A stretch of 37,122 nucleotides of DNA from Candidatus Omnitrophota bacterium (lineage in GTDB: Bacteria > Omnitrophota > Gorgyraeia > JAGLLT01), in NCBI GenBank assembly GCA_023140385.1, contig JAGLLT010000014.1, forward strand, positions 1-37,122, read 5' to 3'. Below the pieces are notes generated by a model, which was not told the origin of the DNA, made no database searches, and worked only from the letters and a program-made list of their open reading frames with translations. How positions within the stretch are numbered: position 1 is the stretch's first letter; every line of letters begins with the position of its first letter. This document shows positions 23,327 through 32,000 of the stretch, in pieces. Made by a program: the position numbers and the translations under genes.

Positions 23327-23401
23327 CCGTAACATGGAGATCAGGTATTTTATGGAGCGGCTTTGCCGCGAAATAAAATTGCCTGGATTGTTTTGTTATG
23401 A
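23327..23401 (-). repeat. attC site
   Basis: Minus strand TCATAAC...GTTACGG; paired CAGG/CCTG, ATTTTAT/ATAAAAT, GCGG/CCGC arms; BrnA stop lies within TAAC. Confidence 0.85.
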
Positions 23402-23605
23402 CCATTTAAATTGAGGTTTTCTATGTGATTGCGCGCAATCTCTAAGGTAAAGATTAATTAAGTTTTGATATGGGACGCCTGTTTCTCCAGCAAGAGATTT
23501 AAAATAATCAATCGTTTTCCGTTCAATTCTAATACTAATTTGCTGTTTTAGCCGTTTAACGTAAGGATTTTTTGTGGATTTTGAAAAATCATATTCTTTT
23601 CGCAT
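23396..23605 (-). CDS. BrnA-family antitoxin
   Basis: MRKEYDFS...NPY...ISIRI....IDYFK..A...GVPYQNLINLYL; overlaps the brnT end. Confidence 0.88.
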   Translation of the reverse strand: MRKEYDFSKSTKNPYVKRLKQQISIRIERKTIDYFKSLAGETGVPYQNLINLYLRDCAQSHRKPQFKWS

Positions 23606-23879
23606 AGTATTGTTTCTCCTCCTTCTTTGTTGCTTTTCGTGCTGATATGATTCTTATTATTTCATCATTTTCTCTATAACAATGACATACTACAAGTATT
23701 CTTAAGCGCATGCTCATTCCTAAAAGCAAGAATCTATCCTCACTTTTAGAATGATCTGGATCATAGATAATTTGAGCAATATCGTCAAGAAAAACAGTCT
23801 GTGCTTCTTTAAAAGAAACCTGATGTTTCTTTTGGTTAATTTTACCCTTATTTTTATCCCAAACAAACTGTATATCCAT
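23589..23879 (-). CDS. BrnT-family ribonuclease toxin
   Basis: F.WD.NK...N.KKH.VSF.EA..VF.D, HS..EDR, IRIISARKAT..E. Confidence 0.92.
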   Translation of the reverse strand: MDIQFVWDKNKGKINQKKHQVSFKEAQTVFLDDIAQIIYDPDHSKSEDRFLLLGMSMRLRILVVCHCYRENDEIIRIISARKATKKEEKQYYAKRI

Positions 23880-23880
23880 A

Positions 23881-23923
23881 ATAATTATACCATAATTATA
23901 AAATAATTACCACATTAAGTCAA
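23881..23923 (-). promoter_or_regulatory. Cassette-internal TA promoter with three phased ATAATTA(T/C) boxes
   Basis: Minus strand TTGACT-N17-TATAAT; boxes start at 23881, 23892 and 23903 (11-bp period). Confidence 0.75.
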
Positions 23924-23957
23924 TAAATAGTTTTTTTATGATTTTTCTATTTTATCG

Positions 23958-24051
23958 TCATAACGGTTGAACTAAGCCGCGTGGGAATTAACATAAATCA
24001 GCTTTCTGCCACAAGCGCTTATTCCACGTCGGCTTCAGTGATTTGTTATCT
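23958..24051 (-). repeat. attC site
   Basis: Minus strand AGATAAC...GTTATGA; ACT-AAGCCG-CGTGG pairs with CCACG(T)CGGCTT(C)AGT, leaving two extrahelical bases on the R'' arm. Confidence 0.9.
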
Positions 24052-24546
24052 GGGAATATTAATAGGTTTTTCTTTCAGCACCTTTATTTTCAAACTTCTT
24101 ATCTTATCTTCGTCTTCAGATACATATTCAATATTTGTTTCTTTTTTACCATTTATTGTTTTTTTAACGACTTTGCATGAAATGCCATTTTCTTCTAATA
24201 GAGATATAAAATATTTATTTTGTTCCTCTGTGATAAATGAAATATTTGAAGGAAGCTGCTCCCCATTTTCTTCATAAATATCTTTGATTAAAGTTCTAAC
24301 CATTTTACTGTATTGGGATTCCCAAGCTATATAATCATTTCCGTCTTTATCAAATTGCTCCACGGTATATGGGATATTATTTTGTTTTAATAAATTGACT
24401 AGTTTTGTTTGTCTTTCAACATCTGAGAAATGAATATTGGGGTTTGGTTGTTTAATCTCATTATAGATAGATGGCGGTTTTTTACATGAAATTATAAACA
24501 CCATACTCAACAAAGAAACCATTAAAAATATTTTATTTCTTTTCAT
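24046..24546 (-). CDS. Cassette lipoprotein, unknown function (166 aa)
   Basis: MKRNKIFLMVSLLSMVFIISC lipobox; ATG 24546 lies just after the attC core; stop lies within R'' TAAC. Confidence 0.75.
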   Translation of the reverse strand: MKRNKIFLMVSLLSMVFIISCKKPPSIYNEIKQPNPNIHFSDVERQTKLVNLLKQNNIPYTVEQFDKDGNDYIAWESQYSKMVRTLIKDIYEENGEQLPSNISFITEEQNKYFISLLEENGISCKVVKKTINGKKETNIEYVSEDEDKIRSLKIKVLKEKPINIPR

Positions 24547-24554
24547 CTTTTTAC

Positions 24555-24632
24555 AAATAACATTTAAACTCACCTGCCTTTGAGCGCGCCGTTTTCGGCG
24601 CGGGAAAAGGCAGGTGTAGTGCGTTGTTATAG
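24555..24632 (-). repeat. attC site
   Basis: Minus strand CTATAAC...GTTATTT; CACCTGCC/GGCAGGTG and CGCGCCG/CGGCGCG stems. Confidence 0.9.
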
Positions 24633-24644
24633 GTTATTTATATT

Positions 24645-25061
24645 TTAATCATGCTTCAAATGTCCAATTAGTTCTTTGTTTGTATCGGGGTATAGGATCT
24701 TCACCTTATAGTTATCTACATTTACTAGACAAGACCAGAAAAGTCTACTTCCAAGCAGATCTTTCTGAATGAAATGCAATATTTGGTGTCTCTGTTTTCC
24801 GAATTCATCATCCTCCGTTAATCTGTAATTTCCTATCAATTCAATGTGTCCCGTTGAGGACAACCCTAATTCTATTACAAGATAATGTTCTATCTCTTTT
24901 TTAGTATGGTTATCAATTTTTTTCCATGCTACTTCCAGTTTTTTGTCTGCCCCATAAGAAATAATGCTTTTCTCATTTTTTGTTTCTGCCAAGGTTTTGT
25001 TAGCAGCAGTGATAAATAAGCAAAGACATATAAACGTTATTGATAATATTTTTTTCTTCAT
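24645..25061 (-). CDS. First-cassette secreted protein, unknown function
   Basis: AGGAG RBS overlapping the core site, Sec-type signal peptide. Confidence 0.75.
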   Translation of the reverse strand: MKKKILSITFICLCLFITAANKTLAETKNEKSIISYGADKKLEVAWKKIDNHTKKEIEHYLVIELGLSSTGHIELIGNYRLTEDDEFGKQRHQILHFIQKDLLGSRLFWSCLVNVDNYKVKILYPDTNKELIGHLKHD

Positions 25062-25069
25062 TTTTTCTC

Positions 25070-25100
25070 CTATAACAATTAATATACGGAATCCGTATTT
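25070..25100 (-). other. attI-like site
   Basis: Core GTTATAG with no attC stem upstream; perfect ATACGGA-A-TCCGTAT palindrome at 25084-25098. Confidence 0.6.
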
Positions 25101-25203
25101 TTTTGAAACTACGTTATTGTTTTAATAGGAATGTTGCCAATCACTCCTGATGTATTTATGTTTATTGTATGATGGTTCATTCAGCGACGTACCTTTAATA
25201 TTA

Positions 25204-25270
25204 ATTATTTCATTTTTAACAACTTTTGTCAATGAATAACTTGACAAAATAGGAGCTTTTGTGGTATATT
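25204..25270. promoter_or_regulatory. Back-to-back promoters: candidate Pc (minus strand) and PilZ-gene promoter (plus strand)
   Basis: Minus TTGACA-N17-AATAAT (TGn extended); plus TTGACA-N18-TATATT (TGn extended). Confidence 0.55.
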
Positions 25271-25365
25271 AAATTTACAATGTTAACGCGCTCGCTTACC
25301 TAATGATCCCGTTCTTGGGGAGAATGGGACATATTGCCTTTTTCGACCAAAAGGAGAGATTGTGT

Positions 25366-25719
25366 ATGGATGCAAGCGGCTCTATCGAAAGAAGGTGTTT
25401 TTCTCGTTTTGACTGTGCCTTACCGGCGGAATATAAAACAATTGGCCTCCTTAATAACGACACGTTAACAGGCGCGATCAAAAATGTAAGTGAAGGCGGA
25501 ACCCGCCTGATTACAGATGATTTCATACCGCTTAATTCAAGATTAGTTTTAGCATTTAGCTTTCCTTTCAGAAACCGCAAAATTAAATCCCTTTGCAAAG
25601 TAGTTTGGACCAAAAGGTTCGCGACCCTTGCCAAATACGATTTGGGTGTTGAATTTTTGGATATGACAGGTAAATGCAAAGATGATATGGCGGCTTTCAT
25701 TAAAAGCAAACTATCCTGA
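25366..25719 (+). CDS. PilZ domain protein
   Basis: ERRCFSR, NVSEGG, KVVW, LGVEF; AAGGAG RBS before ATG 25366. Confidence 0.85.
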   Translation: MDASGSIERRCFSRFDCALPAEYKTIGLLNNDTLTGAIKNVSEGGTRLITDDFIPLNSRLVLAFSFPFRNRKIKSLCKVVWTKRFATLAKYDLGVEFLDMTGKCKDDMAAFIKSKLS

Positions 25720-25758
25720 GAAAAAAAGACACTCCTGCTCTTCCTTTTTTCTGTTTTC

Positions 25759-25787
25759 TTGACAAAGATAACCTTCAGTGGTATATT
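25759..25787 (+). promoter_or_regulatory. Promoter for bamD-lptE-holA
   Basis: TTGACA-N17-TATATT with TGn extension. Confidence 0.7.
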
Positions 25788-25794
25788 AAAATAT

Positions 25795-26751
25795 ATGAAA
25801 AAAATAGGTTTTCTTTTATCTGTAATCGGGCTCATTTTTTTGTGTTTTTCGGATTGCCATGCCTTTTGGGTTTGGACACCTAAGACAAAAGGATGGGTAA
25901 ATCCTAAGCACGCGCCCAAATCAACGCCTCAGAAACAGTTTGACTACGCCAAGAGCTTTTATGATAACGAAGAATATAAAAGTGCGGCGGTGGAGTTTGA
26001 AAAGTTGGTGAACTCTTATTCCGGCTCTTCTCTGGCTCCTGACGCGGGTTATTATAGCGGGTTATCATATCAGAGGGAGGAGTTGTATTACAAAGCTTTT
26101 GTAGTTTACGATAAAATACTGTCCCAGTATCCCAACTCAAAAAGGACTTCCCAGATTGTTGAAAAGATGTATGAGATAGGCAATGTTTTTCTTGACGGAA
26201 AGAAGCGAAAAATTTTGGGATTGGAGTTACTGCCCGCCCTCGCGACGGCTGAACAAATATTCGCGACTATTGTTGACAATGCTCCATACAGTGAGCTTGG
26301 CGATGACGCCCAATTTCAAATGGGGGAGTGTTATAAAAAAATGAAAGAGTACGCCAAGGCTGTTGAAGCCTTTGAAAAGGTGATAAAAAAATATCCCGAA
26401 AGTTCTCTCGTAGATAATGCCCGGTATCAGATTGCCATTTGTTCTTTAATGGCCAGTCAGCCGTCAGAGTATGAACAGGGCAGTACCGATAAAGCAATAA
26501 GGGAATTTAAGGACTTTATTGATGAGACTCCTCCCGAAGATTTAGTGGAGGAGGCTCAAAAGGCCATAAGCCGGCTGGAAAGTAAAAAGGCCAAGCATGA
26601 GTATGAAATTGCCCAATATTATGAAAGCAGGCGCGGGTATGACAGCGCCATTATTTATTACCGGTCTGTTATAACAAATTATCCCGGGACGAAGTGGGCT
26701 GAAATGGCAAAAGAGAATTTAAAAAAGGTTAAAGAAAAGCAAAAGAAATGA
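25795..26751 (+). CDS. bamD: BamD-like TPR outer-membrane assembly protein
   Basis: TPR repeats, YEQ..T.KAI.EF..F, KHEYEIAQYY...SAIIYY..V...YP.T; upstream of lptE. Confidence 0.72.
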   Translation: MKKIGFLLSVIGLIFLCFSDCHAFWVWTPKTKGWVNPKHAPKSTPQKQFDYAKSFYDNEEYKSAAVEFEKLVNSYSGSSLAPDAGYYSGLSYQREELYYKAFVVYDKILSQYPNSKRTSQIVEKMYEIGNVFLDGKKRKILGLELLPALATAEQIFATIVDNAPYSELGDDAQFQMGECYKKMKEYAKAVEAFEKVIKKYPESSLVDNARYQIAICSLMASQPSEYEQGSTDKAIREFKDFIDETPPEDLVEEAQKAISRLESKKAKHEYEIAQYYESRRGYDSAIIYYRSVITNYPGTKWAEMAKENLKKVKEKQKK

Positions 26752-27260
26752 AAAGGTATAAAGCGGTCATTTTTCTGCTGATGTTTGTCAGCGGCTGCGG
26801 ATATACGGCCGGCTCTCTGATTCCATCGCATATTAAAACCATCTACGTGGAAACATTTACTAATAAAACATCAGAGCCAAATATTGAGTTGGACATTACG
26901 AACGCTATTAAAGATCGTTATGCCTGGGCCAGCTCTTTAAATATTGCCAACGACAAAGAGAACGCGGACTCAATGCTTCAGGGAGAAATTATTAACTTTG
27001 AGAAACAACCCGTTGCCTACGGCGCTAATAACGAAATTGCTGAATACAGGCTGATTCTAACAGTTAACCTTATCTATACGGATTTAAACAAAAACAAGAT
27101 AATATGGGAAGAGAAAAAGTTCAAGGCGGATTCCGAGTACTACACTACAATGAAAGAACAGAAGTTCAGCAGTACGAATTTAGACAAACAAGCCCTGATA
27201 GAGAACGCGGCAAAGGAGTTGGCCTTGGAAGTTGTAGCCAGAACGGTGGAAGGGTGGTAA
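26748..27260 (+). CDS. lptE: LPS assembly lipoprotein LptE family
   Basis: SGCGY lipobox, IP.HIKTIYVE.F.NKT; upstream of holA. Confidence 0.8.
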   Translation: MKRYKAVIFLLMFVSGCGYTAGSLIPSHIKTIYVETFTNKTSEPNIELDITNAIKDRYAWASSLNIANDKENADSMLQGEIINFEKQPVAYGANNEIAEYRLILTVNLIYTDLNKNKIIWEEKKFKADSEYYTTMKEQKFSSTNLDKQALIENAAKELALEVVARTVEGW

Positions 27261-27274
27261 GCAGAGAAGGGGCA

Positions 27275-28237
27275 ATGAACGCGGTTTATCTGTTAGCGGG
27301 AGAAGACGAATACTTAAGAGAAGCGGCCATAAAAGATATCAAGCATAAAGTTTTTAAAGGAATAAAGAGCCGCCAAGGATTTAATTATAAGATTTTTTAT
27401 GGTGAAAATGTTAGAGCGCGGGAGATAGTTGACCGCGCTCGTTCTTTTGATTTCCTCGCGGGGCGGCAGTTAATTTTAGTCAGGAATTTTAATATTCTCA
27501 CTCCTTCCGATAAGAAAAATATCCTTAACTACTCAAAGAATCCCAGCGAATTTACGGTTCTTATGCTCGAGGCCGTGGGCAAAATAAATCTAAAAAAGGA
27601 TGTTTATAAAGAAATACACGATTATTCAAAGTTTATTAATTGCGGTAAACCTTTAGCTTCATCTATGGCCGGCTGGATTGTTAAACTTGCCGCCAGCAGA
27701 AAAAAACGAGTAGAGGCTGCCGCCGTCCAGTTGTTAAAGATGAGATTAGGCAGCGACCTTCGCGCCTTAGATAGCGCCCTTGAAAAATTATCTTTATACG
27801 CTGGTACCAGGGAAAATATTACCGCAAAGGACATAGAGGCGACAATCGGGTTTGATGTTAGTTACTCCGCTTTTAATTTTTCTGATGCCGTTACAAGAAA
27901 GGCGCCTCAGGAAGCGTTAAGGATAATTAAAAGCCTGGTTTTTAATAAAGGAGACGCGGTAAAGCTTATAGGAATGATAGCCTGGCAGTTTGAGAGGATA
28001 ATCAAGGCCAAAAGGATGCTTGATGAGGGAGTATCCGCGCGGGATACGGCCGGCCGGCTGAACATTCACAGTTTTTTTATAGAAAAATTTATGAGCCAGG
28101 TGAAAAGTTTTGATGGGCCTTCTATAAAGAAATCACTCACGTATATAATAGAGGCAGACCTGGCTATGAAAACGGGCAAGACAGAGTCAAAAATTATTCT
28201 TGAGTCTCTTGTTTTTAGGTTGTGCTCGCTGAGGTAA
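27275..28237 (+). CDS. holA: DNA polymerase III delta subunit
   Basis: VYLLAGEDEYL, LEKLSLY, ADLAMKTG; start ATG 27275; next to lptE and rpsT. Confidence 0.9.
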   Translation: MNAVYLLAGEDEYLREAAIKDIKHKVFKGIKSRQGFNYKIFYGENVRAREIVDRARSFDFLAGRQLILVRNFNILTPSDKKNILNYSKNPSEFTVLMLEAVGKINLKKDVYKEIHDYSKFINCGKPLASSMAGWIVKLAASRKKRVEAAAVQLLKMRLGSDLRALDSALEKLSLYAGTRENITAKDIEATIGFDVSYSAFNFSDAVTRKAPQEALRIIKSLVFNKGDAVKLIGMIAWQFERIIKAKRMLDEGVSARDTAGRLNIHSFFIEKFMSQVKSFDGPSIKKSLTYIIEADLAMKTGKTESKIILESLVFRLCSLR

Positions 28238-28493
28238 GGCTGTTGAGCTTTTTCATTAAGCGGGAGGACTTTCTGCTGACCTTTTTTTTATGAATAATTT
28301 TCTTAGAAGCAGCCTTGTCCAGTTTGGTAATGTAGGTTTTAAGATAACTTTTGGCCTCATCCAGCTTCTTTTCGCCCAATAAAGCCTTCATTGTTTTGTC
28401 TCTGGTCTTCAATTCTGAGCGGACTGCTTTATTTCGCGTATGTTTTATTTTATTCTTTTTTAAGTCTTTTATGGCAGATTTTCTAGTTGGCAT
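28215..28493 (-). CDS. rpsT: 30S ribosomal protein S20
   Basis: MPTRKSAIK...RN...RS.LKT...LDKAASK.IIHK....RK.SRL; AAGGAG RBS. Confidence 0.95.
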   Translation of the reverse strand: MPTRKSAIKDLKKNKIKHTRNKAVRSELKTRDKTMKALLGEKKLDEAKSYLKTYITKLDKAASKKIIHKKKVSRKSSRLMKKLNSLTSASTT

Positions 28494-28540
28494 TTCATCT
28501 CCTTAATCGATAAATTCATTTAACTTTTTAATCTCAGCAT

Positions 28541-28568
28541 ATTATAGCAAATAATTTCTTTTTGTCAA
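28541..28568 (-). promoter_or_regulatory. rpsT promoter
   Basis: Minus strand TTGACA-N16-TATAAT with TGn extension. Confidence 0.7.
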
Positions 28569-28595
28569 CCTAAAACAAACTGTGCCGGTGTTATT

Positions 28596-28762
28596 TTAAA
28601 AGAGATAAGGAGCGTTGGCCTCAAGCCTTACAAGAGCCTGCTCAGAAGGCTTGGGGCTATCAACCGGGTGAAAAGGCAGGATTAAAAGAATTAAGAGAGG
28701 CAGAGTTGATAGATGAAAAAACGGCCCGCGGCATTATTGAGTACTTTAAAAAACTGCACTGA
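28596..28762 (+). pseudogene. Frameshifted remnant of a UvrC-type C-terminal HhH domain
   Basis: LKEIRSVGLKPYKSLLRRLGAINRVK, then after a frameshift AGLKELREAELIDEKTARGIIEYFKKLH*. Confidence 0.6.
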
Positions 28763-28899
28763 AACGTAACCCCTATCCTTTTATTATTCCCTGCCATAGG
28801 GTTATTAAGTCAGACGGCAGTCCGGGAGGCTATATTTTTGGCAAAAGAAAGAAAAAACTACTTAAACTGGAACAAAAGTTTTTAAAAGACTGTTTTTGA
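28756..28899 (+). pseudogene. ogt: 5'-truncated O6-methylguanine-DNA methyltransferase (Ogt/MGMT)
   Basis: ALKRNPYPFIIPCHRVIKSDGSPGGYIFG...LLKLE with the PCHRV active site; in-frame stop just upstream and no start codon. Confidence 0.85.
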
Positions 28900-28951
28900 A
28901 ATATACTTGCAAAACAAGTCTTATGCTATATAATGATATAAAGTATATATA
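28851..28951 (+). repeat. Direct repeat, left copy (ogt 3' end + promoter)
   Basis: 28876-28951 matches 34393-34468 at 74/76 nt; similarity extends to 28851 across a 5-bp indel; contains TTGCAA-N16-TATAAT. Confidence 0.92.
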
Positions 28952-28955
28952 TCGT

Positions 28956-29045
28956 ATCAAGCAGAAATTGAAACACCTCAAAAACGAGATGGTTATCAAG
29001 CTAATTGATGCTTTAGGAATTAATATAGATGAATTAGTGAGGTAA
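28956..29045 (+). pseudogene. Remnant of an XRE/HTH_3 (controller-like) regulator
   Basis: ...EMVIKLIDALGINIDELVR* resembles XRE C-terminal helices; stop is 3 nt before the KAP start. Confidence 0.5.
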
Positions 29046-29048
29046 AGT

Positions 29049-32000
29049 ATGAATAAAATAGATAAAAAAGAAATCGAATATAATTTTTTAATTGATAAAC
29101 CAGTAGAAGATGGCGAGGAATTGAAATTTGGGCATTATGAGCTTGGAGAAACCCTTGTCGATATAGTTAGAAAATGTAAAACTCCATTCACCATAGGATT
29201 ATTTGGTAGGTGGGGTAGTGGGAAAAGTACATTAGCACACTTTCTGCGAGCAGAATTACAAACGCGAAAAATTCCTGTAATTATTTTTGATGTATGGAAG
29301 CACGAAAAAGATAACATATTAAGACGAGCATTTCTAAAAGAATTAGTTTCACAATTAAAAGAAGAATATGGACGCAAAAAAATAAACAAAGATATTTTTG
29401 AAATCGGTGATGATAGGTTTGAGATAAACGATAGGATTGATTCCGCAATTACCAAAAATAATGAAGGTAAAATTAAAATAAATTGGGAAAAAGTAAAACA
29501 AGCACGGGAAATTTTAGTACTGTTTGTATTAATAGGATTACTAATTGCCATTATTCCATCTTCCATATTAACTAGCTGGAGGATGTTTTGGACTATTTTA
29601 TCATGGATGATATCACTAGTTTTTGGAGGCACTGTCCTAATTTGGCTACTTAAAATTACTACAACATTCTTTTATACAGAAACCACAACAATTGGGCGTG
29701 ACCGCTTTCAAGATCCATCAGAGTTTGAGAAAGAATTTAAAAGGATTCTTGAAGCAATCAGGAAAGATTATGAAAAGATATTAATTGTTTTCGATAATAT
29801 CGATAGGGTATCTAGCGATAAAGCATTAGAAGTTTTATCTGCAATAAAAACTTTTCTTGAACCAGATAAGAAAGTAATGAAGAGAGACGTTGTATTTCTT
29901 GTTCCATGCGATGCACAAGCATTGCGCAAGCATATTATGGACATATATCAAGTTGAAAATACTAGTGCCTATGATCCGGATGAATTTTTAAGAAAATTCT
30001 TTAGTACCACAATTCGCATACCAGATTTTTTTGTTACAGAAATGGAACTATATGTGAGAAGTAAACTTGAAAATACGAATGTTGCTCATTTTAATAACGA
30101 TCTTATCTCTGCCTTAATCACTATAGCATTTCGAGATAATCCTAGGCAAGTTATTCAATTTATCAATGTATTGTTAGCGAGCTATTTACTTATTTTACAC
30201 CGATGTGGAGAAAATGAAGACTTTGACTCAGATTTCTTGGACAAAAGAACTCCTGAGTTGTGTCGCTACCTATTGTTAGAAAGTCGCTTTCCAGCGATTA
30301 TGGAAAAAATCAAGGAAAAGAATATCTATGATGTTGATTCTGTAGATATTCAGCAACTAAAGAATATGGGGCTTGAAGACAAAAATAGTATATTCGATAA
30401 ATTTATTGATATCAAAAAACGGACTGTAAACTTGGCGCCCTTGAAAAATGCGCGTATCTTTTATACAATGCGCCGCTCAAATGAAGAAAAGGAATTCTCT
30501 GGCATAAACGATTTCTTTATAGCTCTTGAAGAACAAGAAAGCGAAAGCGCACAAGGTTTCATTAAAGGTATTGATAACTTTCAAAAGAAAAGACCGTCAT
30601 TGTCTAGGTTAATAAGCGATCGCTTAGAAAAAATTACCAATCCTATAATGAAGGCAAGATTTATTGACTCATTACTTTCTGTTCTTTATAAGGAGAAGAA
30701 GGACTTAGAAGAAAGTACTGTTTCTTCCATTTATACAGCAACAGAAAATTTGGAATTGATGTGCCTAATATATATCCAACCTAATGTTTTTGCAGAAATA
30801 ATGTTGAAGCACAAAAAAGAGTGGAGAAGGCCGACATTTGATAGATGGATATCAATAATCTCTAAAAAGACAGAAGAAGATAAGCAGGAGAAAATATCTG
30901 ATGATTTTATGGAAATATTGCTATCAGTATTCATTTCCCGCATAGGGTGGCTTACTCAACAGCAGATAAGCAAAGTGGTGAAGAATATTGTGCAACCAGT
31001 ATTTTTTATGCCTTCCTCAGGAAAGTTACTTACGGCCAATTTAGGAATTCAGGATCAACTCGTATCAGAAGATTATGTTAGAGGATTCATTGAAAATATG
31101 ACTACAGGCGATATAACGCAGGAGATACCTGAGAATATCAAAATAGTTACTAAATTTAAAGACAAATTCTTCACAGAAAATACAAGTAACGAGTTATTAA
31201 GAAAGTTTACAGAAATTTTAAAAGAAGCACAAGAAGGAATAGAAATTTCAGATTTTTTAGAAAACGAAAAAGGAATACCAAGCAAAAATGTCTATATGCA
31301 TCTAAATAAATTAATGTTAGAAAAAAAAGATATTTTTTCAAAAGTTGATGATAAACCTCTTTGGAATGATGTGCTCGATGATATAAATGAATTAAACTCC
31401 TCAACGGATACTAACAATAGAAAGATTTTTATGCCTTTATGCTTTTCGCTATGGCTTGTAGTACCTGATGGCATAAAAAATCAATTAGAAACTTACATAT
31501 CAGATTTTATACAACAGGCATCCTTAGAGAGTGTTAAATATTTTATATCTAATAGTGGAAATCAGATTTTGTCAGAAGGTGAAGAGTTTATGGAGGGTTT
31601 AGAGAATCAAGCACTGCAAGATGACGATTATTTTAATTATTTATATAATGAGTTTTATAAAGATCCAGATTTAAAATACAATATTCTAATAAAGCTTATC
31701 AACACCGACTTAATGAGTGCTTTATCAAAAATTAAATCCGAACACGCAAATCTACCTAAAAAGGCAGATGTTATCAATAAAATACTAGATAAGTTTGACA
31801 ATACGTCCAACCAAGATAAATCGGAAATAATTGAAATCTGCAACTTAACAAAATGTGCAAAAAATACAGTCCTTAGAGATAAACTAGGAGAAAAAATTAA
31901 GACTTTATTAACACAACCTAACAAAGAACAACAAGTTATTATGCAGGGGGTGGCTAGTAAACTAAACTATTTCGGTGATAAAAAACTGCGTCAGATAAGC

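Larger units (their letters stand above)
22554..25100 (-). mobile_element. Integron gene-cassette array (attI-like site + 4 attC) lacking an adjacent integrase (CALIN-like)
   Basis: Four TAAC...GTTA imperfect palindromes, each after the stop codon of a short co-oriented AT-rich ORF; cassette ends are complementary. Confidence 0.9.

Noticed and set aside
22995..24277. Plus-strand ORFs 22995-23414 and 23981-24277
   Set aside because: Antisense to cassette genes and cross attC sites
22554..24632. Spaced repeats as a possible CRISPR array
   Set aside because: Repeats are divergent palindromes separated by whole genes, which fits attC sites; no cas genes
25224..25249. TTTTGTCAA-N8-TTGACAAAA inverted repeat as an operator or IS end
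   Set aside because: Explained by two back-to-back -35 hexamers
25100..25365. Possible intI remnant
   Set aside because: No tyrosine-recombinase motifs (HxLRH, TTxIY, SPLD) seen by eye
25296..25919. 207-aa minus-strand ORF
   Set aside because: Antisense to the PilZ and bamD genes, with no recognisable motif
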